Below are positions 1-20,979 of a stretch of DNA of 64,000 nucleotides, piece by piece; within the stretch, counting starts at the first letter, position 1, and every line of letters starts with the position of its first letter. This stretch comes from Macrostomum lignano. Lineage: Eukaryota. The position numbers and the translations under genes were made by a program. The notes under the pieces are model-generated. The model did no database searches, had not been told where the DNA came from, and saw only the letters and a program-made list of their open reading frames with translations. The stretch covers positions 1-64,000 of the forward strand of contig NIVC01000345.1 of NCBI GenBank assembly GCA_002269645.1. Direction: 5' to 3'.

Positions 1-384
1 AGGCGACGCTAAAAAAGCTAAGGTGAAGAAAACAGATTGCAAATCCTGACCCTGAGCAGACATAGCCGCGAGCGGTGACGGCTGTAGGAGAGGAAAGGAA
101 GCCGAGGTGAAATAGGACACTGAGAAAGCTGCGTTCCCTGGGAAGGCAGATGGCTTTTCGTTGGGGGCAGATGCCGGTAGCACTGGATGTGATATAATCA
201 GCGCTGCACGGTCCGTGCCTGCGCTATGAGGCGCATGGCTCAAGCCAGCCTCGCAATCCCCGGAATAATACTGATCAGCTCAAAGCTGACTCACGTACTA
301 TCCCCCACTTCCACACTATCTGTCATTACAGCATTGACCAGGGATTTGCAACTCGAATATCTGAAATCGATGTGCAGAATATGC

Positions 385-514
385 TTATCAATCAATCAAT
401 CAACCAGTCAATCAATCAATCAGTCGAGGAATCTCAATCAATCAATCAATCTATCTATCTATCTATCTATTTATCTATCTATCTATTTATCTATCCATCT
501 AATCTATCCATCTA

Positions 515-557
<43 letters not shown>

Positions 558-565
558 CATATATA
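385..565. repeat. (ATCA)n/(ATCT)n microsatellite
   Basis: Direct reading. Confidence 0.9.
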
Positions 566-1074
566 AATAGCTTGTCATGCCTTTCTTTAAAGGCTTTCTT
601 CTTTCTTCTCTGAATACTTTTTCTCGAAATCTATCTATCAAAAAATCGCAGACCTCGATATAGAAAAGCATCGAGATATAGAAAAGAGTGGATAGAGACA
701 GACGGCAGACAGGTAAAAACGCTCACATCTGCAGAAGTCCAATAGGGTGTGGCTATGAGTACCGCGGGGGGGATAGGAAGTCTCTGGATTCAGTCTGATT
801 TAGTCTTGGCTTCCGTTGCTTTGGGACTGGGGCGTTACCTTTCGATTGATTTCGTTTCTCTTCCCATCTTTTTGGTGCAACTCTCACTGATGTCTGTGGT
901 TACATAGGAAATGCGCAGGTAATTCAAGCATTCATATTACAATATTTACTTCGAGTTTTTAAGAGCCTTTAATAATATTGTTAGATTCAGCTATTCGTAT
1001 CTATAGACAGGTTCAGAGAGATAAATTGGGGAAATTAGACGAAGATAGACATTGAAGGAGAGAGTGTGGAGAAG

Positions 1075-1512
1075 AGGGCTAGAAAGATAGAGGACGAGCA
1101 AGAGAGTGAGGAAGAGAGAGGCTGAGGAAGAGAGAGAGTGAGGAAGAGAGAGGGTGAGGAAGAGAGAGGCTGAGGAAGAGAGAGGCTGAGGAAGAGAGAG
1201 GGTGAGGAAGAGAGAGTGATGAAGAGAGGGTGAGGAAGAGAGGGTGAGGAAGAGAGAGGATGAGGAAGAGAGAGGGTGAGGAAGAGAGAGGGTGAGAAAG
1301 AGAGAGGGTGAGGAAGAGAGAGGGTGAGGAAGAGAGAGGGTGAGGAAGAGAGAGGGTGGGGAGAGAGAGGTAAGGAAGAGAAGGTGAGGAAGAAAGAGGG
1401 TTAGAAAGCGAGAGGGTGAGGAAGAGAGAGGGTGAGAAAGAGAGAGGGTGAGGAAGAGAGAGGGTGAGGAAGAGAGATGGTGAGGAAGAGAGAAGGTGAG
1501 GAAGAGAGATTG
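1075..1512. repeat. GA-rich ~18-bp minisatellite (GAGGGTGAGGAAGAGAGA)
   Basis: Direct reading. Confidence 0.9.
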
Positions 1513-4500
1513 AAAATGAAGTTGGATGATGCTGGGATTATCAGATTTAGAAGAGAGGGAATATGAATAGGGCATAGAATTACTGACACAGTCAATACAT
1601 ACGGAGAGAAAAGTAATAAACAGGAAGGGTGCAGAGAGAAGGATAATGGGTCTTAACTTTCCAATTCAAGCAAATTGCAGCACACAGTCTGCATAGACAG
1701 ACAACAGCATAACGGATCAAAGTTAATGTTGCATGAGAATAAGCGGCATCTGATATTCTTTACACTCCATTAGGATTGATGAGGGGTGGGTTGTAGAGGC
1801 GATATATGTGCGTCTCTACCTGTTCCGACTGTAGCTGAATTGGTTGAGAAGCCCGTATGCGCTCAAAGGCAGCTTCAAAGCAAAATTCTATATTGAAGAA
1901 CTGCCGTGTTTCGGTCGATGCAAGAGTCAATCGATGAGCCACTAGGAGCAGAGAGATATCCCACGTGCAGTTTCTATTTCTCGTCTCTGCTTTGGGAATC
2001 TGCAGAGAGCAGTCAGTATGTAGCAAATAGCTCACAAGGCTCCCCTGGGGGTGGATGATTAGGGTCTACGAATTACGATTGTTGCGGTCGAATGTGAGCT
2101 GAGGGACATTATAGCAGAGTCAGAAGATTGTTAAGGAGAGCAGAAAGAGCTTGCGAGCTAAGTAAGGTATAAAATCAAATTTATTGTATCAGATATCCAC
2201 TGCTATAACTAGTGCTATAAACTAGCCATCCGGGCCCTCTCCGGGGATTTAAGTAATATAAAAAATTAATAAATATATGATACACATAAAACAGATCAGT
2301 AAAAGATACTTTTTTACTATTTTAAATTGGGTTTTATTGTAGCATTGCAGAGAGATAACTTCTGTCAAAATATCCGTTTTGGAAGTATATAGATTTGGAG
2401 TAGACTAGCTTTTTACACTTTCGCTTAATAAACTTGTGACTCAAGTCTCGAACATAATTTGCAAGCTTAGCCTTCTTCTACTTTAGTTGTCAATGCAACT
2501 CAAACCAACGAAAATCCCGCCGTTGGCTTGTGTTGTAAATCAACAACCTCCTAGCTGATTATTTATCCTACAGTTTATAATCCGTCCCATCCACCCACTC
2601 ACCGAGTGTCATCGTGCGTCTCTCTTTAAGGCCCAAGCATACGGCTGTTTCTGTGCTCTCTTCTCCTCCGCCCCTCTCTCTCTCTCACTCAGCTTCAATT
2701 AAGCGATCGGCAGCCCGTGAATTGTGCGCGCGATTGTGTGAAGAGTGCACAGATTGCCTGCCTTAGCCTCAAGCTTCTTGCCCGGGCCGATCGGCCTGAA
2801 GCACCTATAATACGGCAGTCACGCTAGCTAGGGTACTGAATCTCCCTGCAAGGTTGCTTCGTGTCTCTTCCGATTGCTTCCAAGTCTTCTTTCATATAGC
2901 CAAGCTCTCTATACTGGCGCACGTAAGCACCAGCTGCTCTGCACCTCTCCAGGCTCTCCCTCGTCCGACGCCCCCTCCTCTTTTTTCTCTTTGCCTTCCC
3001 GTTGTTATTCATACAGTTATAGTTTGCTTTTTCTGCACGCGGATGATTGCTCAATTGAGAGTTGGCGTTCAGCCGAAAGGCATATATTCCGTTCTATTTC
3101 TCAAATATCCGCTTAGATACTACACAATCCGGTGCTTTGCGTTCTGTATCCATTTTTTCTCATAATATGATTCACTTGTTCTGCCTAAAGCCGTGGATGT
3201 TTAGATGTTTCTTAACCAGATCAAATCACGTGATCTGACGTTGTTTTGTCCTTTTCCTTCCTACGTTTGTTTCATCAGCCTTTTTGAAAATTGCTTTTTG
3301 CCCGGCTGTCAGTGCCAGGAGTTTTGAAATGGATTTGGGATGGTCATTGACGGAGAGTGGATCTACGAGTAGAAGACTAATCTTTAACAGATACAAGCCG
3401 TGCAACACTCCCGACGTCTACCGACGTACCCGACTAGCTCAACATCAGTGATGGAAAATTAATGTCTTTAAATTAGACCGGCGGATAACGTCATACGTTT
3501 AGTTTAACGTTGGTGTAATTTAAAATTACCCATTTACCCATAGACGTCGGCCAACCACTGTACTGACAAGTTGTAATGAAGTGATGGCATACAAGGCCCA
3601 GAAACGAGTTGATTGATTAACTGATTACTTCAAATAGTACACAAACCAGATAGAATCTGACTCAATTTTCATAAACCTGCCACAGGCGTAAACAGAATGA
3701 TTTTTTGGAAATTTATTCATTTCGGAAATCATAATAAAATGGTAATTTCTTGTTAGATCTACCGGCTGTAATCTATTGATCTGACACTAAATCAATTAAA
3801 GAAATTGCCTATTGTTTTAAATATTAAAATATACTGCATTATTCGCAGATGCAAGATCCCCAGTTTGTTATAAAAAACCATAACAAACTAAGAAAACTAG
3901 CTTTGAAATTTTTTATGAGAGCAAGCACAAACTCGAAACCGCTTACCGATGAGTAGAAAGGTAACCCTTCTGCAAGAAGACATGCTTCTATCAAGTGTAA
4001 GGCAAAGAGTTCGTGCAGTGGCAATGGCTGAGGTAGCTCAAAGGCGGTGGAGTGTTGCTGGCCATGGGCTAAATATGTGCAAAACTTGTGGGCTCACAGA
4101 GAACATCAATTCGAGCATGAACTCCTTCACCTCTCACCTCAGTGCATTCGAATCATACTCGTATTTGCACAGCAGCTCTCTGCTCTGCTCAGGTCTTTTT
4201 TAATTTTCCTCTACCCCAAACATTTTTACTCTTCCATACGAAGCACATTTGCTCAAAGTAGTACTTGTGTAGCCGTACAATACAACTTTGTACGAGTGAA
4301 CGCTTGCACGCGTTTGAACTTACCGCAGCCCATTCTAGTTAGAAAGGTTGCAATAGCATTTTTCAGACAGCCATCCGGCAGCGCGTTCATTAATAAAGCT
4401 CGATGCACACTTGTCTGACTGCAACAGAGAGACAAAACTCGACCAGATCGAGTGTTGAGAGTGTCGTAACCAATCGGTTTTTTGAAAAAGCGAGAATTCC

Positions 4501-6456
4501 ACTGCAGCCGTAGTATATCGGTTCCCGGTTCGAGGCGTTCATAGAAATACACAGACCTCCTTTAAATCTACCATTGGGCGAGGGAGGCTGCGGTTGGCTG
4601 ACAGAGCTGTGGGATCAGCTTTGCCATAGGACAGGCCATGGGTACTGGCAAATCCAGCTGCATAGGCCAACAGGCTATCAGTAATGCAACGCCGAGAAGT
4701 TTTAAGTTCGTTCGCACTTATAGTTAAGCACAAAAGGTGTGTCTAGGACATTGTTTTTCATACTATATTGTACTTGAGCTAAGTATAATAATAGAATATT
4801 GTAAGGCAACTTTCATGCATAATCGTAAATTAGGAATAGGATTTTTACTACGATAACAAAATGGGAATTAGTTTATTTCGATTTAGCTTGAAATCGTTTT
4901 ATATAAAGTGATATCGTTAAAGCCATCGCGATTCAACGGAAGTTATAATTTATTATGGACCTCAGAAGCAGTCAAATAGTAATTTCCTATTTGAAAGAAA
5001 GCATAAATTTATCAACAGTCGCTTCATACTGGATGCGAGTATATAGTTAATGAATTTGGAAGCACTTTTGGTTTGAGAAGGAGAATAGCGTCACTCAGTT
5101 CTTCAGCGTCTAGAAATGCAATACAGTGGCTTCGTGTGTTGCTCATTACTTTACTTGCTAAAGGGAGAAAGAAGCAATGGTTATTGAAACCTGAGCCCCT
5201 ATGAAGTGGCAAGTTTGCAGGCTTTCATAGCAATTCTTTAGCAGTCTGTGTTTCATCGCACCCAACAACTAAGCTTTGATTTTGTCCCCTGTTGCTTTGT
5301 CATTGATCTCATATAGCCCTCTATTAGATGCATTGGCCAAGAGAACTGCAATGGTTTAATTATAGCATTGAATTTAATTAAGATGTTTCTGAACTGAATT
5401 CATATAATCATTAGGTTTATTAACGTTATGCTTAATACTGTCTAACAATTGGGTTTAAAATGGACTGTCAATCATTCGTAGTAGCACTGTCAATCACTGA
5501 CCGCACGACCTAGTTAGGAACATGTAAACGCAACAGTGACTCACCTTAATTATGCAAGCCTTGCGTCAGAATATCGATAATAATGAAAACGTTTCGTGAC
5601 ATCTTTGCGATGTCGTGAAAGATATCTGAAATGTCGACGATTTGCCTCAAGCGCTATACTCGTACGCATTCAATGTAGAAAACAGATAAGAAGACATAAT
5701 TGCTTTCCTTCCTCCAATAACCTACTTGCAGTCAGACGGCCTTTGATATGCTAATAAGCCAAAAAGTACAACTTAATATGCCAAGAAGCTATATAAAAAC
5801 AACGGGGAAAACGTAAAAACTAACATATCATGGCATCCATGGGATTTATTTTCATCCATGGGATTTTTCCCAATTAGTTTGTTTATGGGGAAACCTACGA
5901 AAAATGTACATTCCTTACCTTCCTTATACTTCAGTTGTTTGTGTGCGTGTGTGACGTCTCTTGAAGTTTTACGAAACACAAACTGAACATCACGGATATC
6001 TTTGAGACCTATAACAAGATGCATGCATTAAGGTTTCCTTGAAAAAAGGAGTCAAAAGGACATCAAGCTCTTTTAAGCATCTTAAAGCCCCGCAGCCGCT
6101 ATATTTAAACAAAAAATAATCTACAAGTTGTACATAAGTTGCAGGAATAATCTACCGCAAAAATACGCGACACTACAAACGGCATGCTATTCTGTACGTT
6201 TACTTGAAAATAAGCCTTTCATTTCTGATTAACTTTAGTTCTTAAGTTCGATAAAGCAGTATAAATATTAAAAGGGAATAGTTCACACCTCTTGTTGAAG
6301 GTATCACTTCCAGTAACCAAAAAACACAAAAACTTTGACACTTCTAACTGACTTCGAAAGACAAGTAGGCCGTAACTAATAACACCTAGGCTAGATACGC
6401 TCGTGACGTACATGCAATAACTTTGACATTTTCAAGACAACGGAAATCCCTGCACG

Positions 6457-7548
6457 TCAACGAGCTCCTGGCGAATTCCAGCTGTTGCAGAGAGCTTCCA
6501 CATCCTGACACGCAGACAGAGAAGCAGCCGCCTTCTCTAGTAGCGCCATCCAGTACAGCTGGTACTCATTCTCCTTGGAAGAGCACTTGTGCAGTAGGTC
6601 GGCCGACAGGGCGCCGGGTCTCAGTCCGACCGCCGCCATCGCCTGCTTGGACCGTTTGCCCGACGAGTACAGCCGCTTGCTGAGGTCGATTCGTCGAACC
6701 GAGTCAGTCAGCCGACGCAGGTGACGAATAACGGCGAGTTTTTGCATGGCCAGGGCCGGCTCCTCAGTCTGCTGCAGGTCGCGCATTCGTTGGCTGAGAC
6801 TTTTGAAACAATTGACCATCACGAACTGCTTGCTGACCTCCCACTGCTTGGCCAAGCCTTTGCCAGCAGCTGTTTCGGCTTTGGCGGCGGTGAAGGCGCC
6901 GGCTCCGCCGGTCAGAATGGCTTCGGCAGTATCCTCCTGGGACTGGGACGCCGACTTGCTGCTGCCCTGCAAACCCTGCTGAATGGCTGCATCAATGTGC
7001 GGCTGCTGGTGCTGGCTCTTCCGGCGCCGAGACCTGCAGGCCAGGGCAGCGGTGGATGTCGCCGGCTGCTGGTGATGCGCGCTCTTGGCGCAGAACATCA
7101 GCATCTGGTCGATGAGTGACGAGTGCGGAGCCAGAGAAGTTGAATTGGCGTCGCCTAAGCCAGTCTGAGCGTCTTCTTCGTCAGCCACCGAGAAGGTATT
7201 CGTGTTGACGTCCTCGTTGGTGTCCTTAATGATATTACCGTCGGCCGATTGCAGGGGGTTCTTTTCGGCAGTGTGTTCAATGACGTCTCCGCCGGCCACT
7301 GCGCCGCCCTGATGGCGTCGTCGATGAGACGAGGAGCCGTGCCGCTGGGCCCGGCAGGCGTCGCGCTGATGATGCTGATGGTGGTGATGATGATGATGCT
7401 TTGAGTGATGCACCGACGATCTTCTCGTAGCGTTGTCGCCAATGGAGTTGGAGCAGGATTGCTCGGGCTGCTGCTGATGGTGCTTTTGATGCCGATGCTG
7501 GCGCGAGCGACCAGGCTGCACCTGCTGCGAATCAATTGATCTGATCAT
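6457..7548 (-). CDS. Uncharacterised protein exon, His/Gln-rich N-terminus and helical C-terminal half
   Basis: 381-codon stop-free frame with GC-rich coding-like composition. First ATG at 7548, with a TATATAA-like element at ~7604-7612 upstream. No family recognised. The 3' end may be spliced or frameshifted into downstream exons. Confidence 0.55.
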   Translation of the reverse strand: MIRSIDSQQVQPGRSRQHRHQKHHQQQPEQSCSNSIGDNATRRSSVHHSKHHHHHHHQHHQRDACRAQRHGSSSHRRRHQGGAVAGGDVIEHTAEKNPLQSADGNIIKDTNEDVNTNTFSVADEEDAQTGLGDANSTSLAPHSSLIDQMLMFCAKSAHHQQPATSTAALACRSRRRKSQHQQPHIDAAIQQGLQGSSKSASQSQEDTAEAILTGGAGAFTAAKAETAAGKGLAKQWEVSKQFVMVNCFKSLSQRMRDLQQTEEPALAMQKLAVIRHLRRLTDSVRRIDLSKRLYSSGKRSKQAMAAVGLRPGALSADLLHKCSSKENEYQLYWMALLEKAAASLSACQDVEALCNSWNSPGAR

Positions 7549-8039
7549 TTTCAAAGTCTTCAGTTTTTCCTGATTTGAAAAGCGCTGCAGCGGAGCAGGC
7601 AATTTATATAAGAGATCGTTTTATTTAGTGCACATTCATGCTAGCTTGAAATACGATTTTTGCCATAGAGTGCTGCATCGACATGTAAATTTAATAAATG
7701 AAATTACGCCCTGACCTGCTGCAAGGGAGCACTAATTCTTGTACGAGCTAAGTTGCTGTTTGTCTTTGTTATGCTGTTAGGTACATGTACGTACATCAAC
7801 ATGCATGTACTGGTAAAATAGGCCCACAGCTGATTGCATAAGTTGCTACTGACGCTTCGTTGAGTGTTGACGGACTGCTTGATTAGCACATACATCATGA
7901 TACATGTACATGTTTTTTAAGACCCTCGTGACTCGTACTTTATAATTGCATATTTGCATTGAATTTTTGTTTCATCACCTGATACATGCACATTGCACAT
8001 TATATATACATGTAAATAAACTGCAGTCACTGCCGGTCT

Positions 8040-9100
8040 TCTTTGGGAGGCAGTCCTAAAGAAGGGGGCCTCTACCAGCGACCATCCGTGCCGTTATCGC
8101 GGCCTGCAAGACCTGCCAATGCGCCAGTGTTGATCGTCTTCGTGGACTTCCGTAACGCGTTTGAATCGGTGCCCAGGCTTGCAGTCGCGTGGTTGCTGTC
8201 CTACTACGGCGTTCCCCCTGCACTGCAGTGATGGACCTGTACACTGACTCCAGACGAGCGATGGCCCCACCGAGGAGTTCGGCACAACCTCCGGCGTCCT
8301 GCGCGGGGGCGACACGCTGGCTCCCCGGCCTGCTTTTCAGTCGTGGACTATGTGCAGCGCCGCTCTCTTTAAGAAGACGACTGCAGCTACCTGCTGGTCC
8401 CACAACAAAGCTCCCGCGACATCCTGCTGTTCCGCTGCCTGCTCTAGTATATGACGATGACATTGCGCTCCTCTGTCGCGATCCAGCTGCATGCTCACCA
8501 ACGCGCTCTTTCAAGGCTCTGTGAGGAGGGCGCACGGGTGGGGCTGGTGGTCAACGAGCGCAAGGCAGAGCTGTGGTGCACACGTGAGCACTGACACCGC
8601 CCGGCACTTTAGCTGCCCAACGGAGACGCCATGCCATGTCCGAGGACTTCCGGTACCTCGGTCGCTAGCAACGAGTCCGGAATCGATCGTCTCCGACAGA
8701 AGGAATCAGGCGTGGCGCGGGGTGCACCTGCTCAGGAACGTCCTGCGAGGGACGGCCTGAAGGTACGCCTCTTCCGCGCGGCCGTCGAGCCGATCCTCTT
8801 GTACGGCATGGAAGCGGGGGTCCCTGCTGCGCTACGCCCTGGGCGCGTGCACTATCCCGAGAAGTTGCCGCGTCCAGAGACCTGATGGCCCGCGCGCCGG
8901 CGTTCCAGACCTGAGCGTTATCCTGCGCCGGCCGCGCCGCCAGATGCTGCTGGGCCACTGCCTTACGGAGTCACGGCCGCGGCGACCAAGTCCCGTTGGC
9001 GCTGGTCCTCCTGCACCAGCCGACGGAGCGGAAGCGCCATGCATGGCCAAGGGCGAACTGTGACGCTAACTGATTGTTTTGTGGCTGACTTGCAGGCGCT
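8040..9100 (+). pseudogene. Degenerate RTE-like non-LTR reverse transcriptase fragment
   Basis: Frameshifted motifs VFVDFRNAFESV, YDDDIALLC, KVRLFRAAVEPILLYGME in a GC-rich island. Confidence 0.75.
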
Positions 9101-9129
9101 GCTGGGTCTGCTCAAAATCCACTCAACCC

Positions 9130-9922
9130 TGTAAGATATCGAAAATGACCTGCAAATAATCGAAATTTCTAAAACTAAGCCAAATATAGTACAAATATTT
9201 TATCCCGTAGGTACTTGAAACATGAAATCTTCACAGAAAAATTTTCATTGTAGAAGTCAGCAGTTATCCTCGCGCGCGGGAAATGAATTGCTTCTTTTCG
9301 TTAGCATTTATATAGTAGCTAAAAATAGTTCCGCCCCCCCCCCCAAGTCTCGATTCAGTGCATCAGTCGTTAAATAAGTGATTTTATAAGTAGTGATCGT
9401 TTTAAAAAAATTTCATTACATATTTGCAATTAAAATAATTAAAATCCGGAGGCGCCATTCTAATGAATTAGTTACAGAGCACCAGGTGCTAATGCAGCCC
9501 CTGAAGAGTTTATGAATTCTGTTGGTCTACAGTAGATTTCTTGCAAACAAGCCTTTGAAAGCTGCTTCTACAGTGGGTTAAGCTAAATGTATAATCCATA
9601 CAAGGACGCTGCACAGGTAAATTGTGTCAACCTTCTAATTTAGCTATCCATGACCGTGGCGTATCATGATAAAACTTATTAAATCGAAAACAAAATCTTA
9701 TTCAACTATATTTATCACATTTAACATGGTTTCTTTCATTATTTATAGAAACTATGGAAACATATCGCAGTATATTTGGCACATGAAGTGCTTTAGTTAA
9801 AATTTCCCTTAAAATCTTGAAGTTAAAGTTTGAAGAAAATCGGTTCAGCCGTTTTTGCTAAAATCGATCACATACCTAGATAGATACCTACCTACCGACA
9901 GACCATTTTTAGTATATAGGAT
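9130..9922 (+). mobile_element. Putative Helitron/Helentron-associated non-autonomous element (HINE-like)
   Basis: Ends AAAATCGGTTCAGCCGTTTTT...(TAGA/TACC repeats)...CCGACAGACCATTTTTAGTATATAGGAT, the layout of invertebrate HINE/DINE-like elements. The TACCTACCGACAGACCATTTTTAGTA block recurs at ~55081. The left boundary is approximate. Confidence 0.45.
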
Positions 9923-11306
9923 TTCCCTTAAAATCAATTAATACGAGTAAAATGTACTTAACGGTGAATAAAATACACAGTTTATCAACAAAACCCACCG
10001 TATTAGGTGTTAACTATTAAACAAAGGGTTACAGCGCGTGTACGTTTTTAGTTCGACAGAGCAAAATATAGTAACATTTTTCATATCGTATTTTAAGAAT
10101 CTGTTTCAGCAGTAGTGAGTAGCGAAAAGCAAAGCATCTTTTTAAGCAAAGAGGCAAATTTTTAAATTAGAAAAAATCGTTTGATTATGTTGATTACATT
10201 GTTGGGTGCTTCTATAATTACTCTAAGGGCCCTAAAGTCGTATTCGAGGCGTGCTAGAAGAGTCTAAGAAAGAAAGACCATCTGTAAGAGTTTAAGTTAG
10301 AGCTGTAATACTTCGCAATTATAAAAACTCTATTTAGTCTACTTTAGTCAGTAGAAAGTTAAGCGCTAACACAACGACTTTTGGACGACTTTTTTGCGAT
10401 TCTTACCAGTGAGCTGCTCAATTTCATACTCAACTGACAATGTTAATGTTTTCTCTAAACTGTACTAGCCATCTACAATTAAAAATTGCTAATTTTTAGG
10501 GGGAGGGTGGATATATTCAGTCTTCTCATTGGTTCAAAAACTACTCATTAAAAATCTAAGTTTAAAATTCGGTCTTAATATTTTGCATTCACTCTACTGT
10601 TTTTGTATTCAAATTCTTAGTCATATTATGTATTTTCAGATCGTTTTGTACACCATTTATTGTGAATGTGTTTTTCAATTTAATTTGACCTAATTCTAAC
10701 TCATTAATTTCAATTGGTAATGGTAGTCACTTATTAAAAAAATGTTCCATTTTTTGGGGGGAGTGTCGCGACTTTCCTAGTCATTTCTTTAGTTCACCTT
10801 CACTTGTCTCTGTTTACTCTGTTTTCGCTCTCTCTGTCTAGCTCAATCTTGTTATTCTTATCTCTCTCTCCCTTGCTGCCTTCTGATTGGCTCCCCATTC
10901 TCGCCTCTATCTTCAGTCGCGCACTTCACCCCTCTCCTTATTATCTGGAGTCAACCCCCCTCTAAATTAGTCATATAAATATACTTGTTTGGGCCCTGCG
11001 CCCACTTACTGGCTGGCTTATCTTAGATTCAATTTAACTCTAATTTAGTGCTAGCTTTTTTAGTCTTAGTCATTTTCTCTACAGCAATGTCTCTTTAGCG
11101 GGCACCTAGGAACCTAGGAGTTGGGCAACCCCATTCTCCCACGGAACTGCTGATAGTTGCAGGTTTATTAGCAAAACTGATTACACTTACGGTGAGAGCA
11201 CAAAAACCGGGAAGGTGTTTTATAAAAAATCTAAATTCCAAACAGAAACTACACGATGTAATTAAAAAAACACTAACAGCTGGTGTCAAATCAATCAATC
11301 AATCAA

Positions 11307-20245
<8,939 letters not shown>

Positions 20246-20979
20246 CGGCGGTAAAAGTTTTGTTATACTGAAAAGAGGAAAAGCACAATTAACGAAATTA
20301 CGAGCTCGTAGTATTGCCGCCTAGGAATCACACAGCTAAGGCCATTTTCTAATTTTAGATCGTAAACTGATCCCATTTCGGAGAATTTAAAGCAAATAAT
20401 AAAGGGAAAAACAAGTTATGTCGTAACAGCCTCTAGCACAAGGAAAGATTCGGAACTTTTTCAGAGTTTTTAACAACAGCTGAACATATCTGCAATTCTG
20501 GAACATATGTACAAACAAATAATCATGCAAATGAAGATAGTATGTAAAAAATATTAGTAACGTATATTACTAATAACTCTTAATGAAACTCGTATATTTC
20601 TGCTCAAAATGGCATATGAATGAAGCAACAGTTTGTTATTTAAGTGCTACTATAAAAAATCGTAAACAACATCAAATCAAGAAATAATTGCAAATATTAA
20701 AAAAACAGCCACACTACACCTCAGCTGATGCTGGGTTATGACAATTTTACAAGTAATATTACAACAGAAACATGACATGTTTAATTTTATATTTTAATAT
20801 AAAAATGTATACCTGGATTGACAAGGTAATTCTTGGAATTTAAACATATTCTTTCAAACACATTTAAATTACGAGTATTAGAAAACAATAAGCACATTTC
20901 ACGATAAAGCTGTTCGATTAACCCGATTGAACTAAACAAAACCAGAGATTTCAAAGTGACTTAATTAAAACTCCTGTTA

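Larger units (their letters stand above)
296..6008 (-). other. Scattered candidate exons of an unidentified minus-strand multi-exon gene or genes
   Basis: Open segments with good acceptors and donors: 6008-5919 (LKDIRDVQFVFRKTSRDVTHAHKQLKYKE), 5157-5030 (SKVMSNTRSHCIAFLDAEELSDAILLLKPK...), 4418-4324 (QTSVHRALLMNALPDGCLKNAIATFLTRMG), and weaker ones at ~2000-1830, ~896-843 and ~360-296. I could not chain them into one frame. Confidence 0.35.

Noticed and set aside
2824-3054. ORF with RKKRRGRRTR followed by C...YVRQYRELGY, superficially like a furin site plus TGF-beta/GDNF start
   Set aside because: The basic run is just the antisense of a plus-strand polypyrimidine tract, and the required downstream C-x-G-x-C and cystine-knot cysteines are absent.
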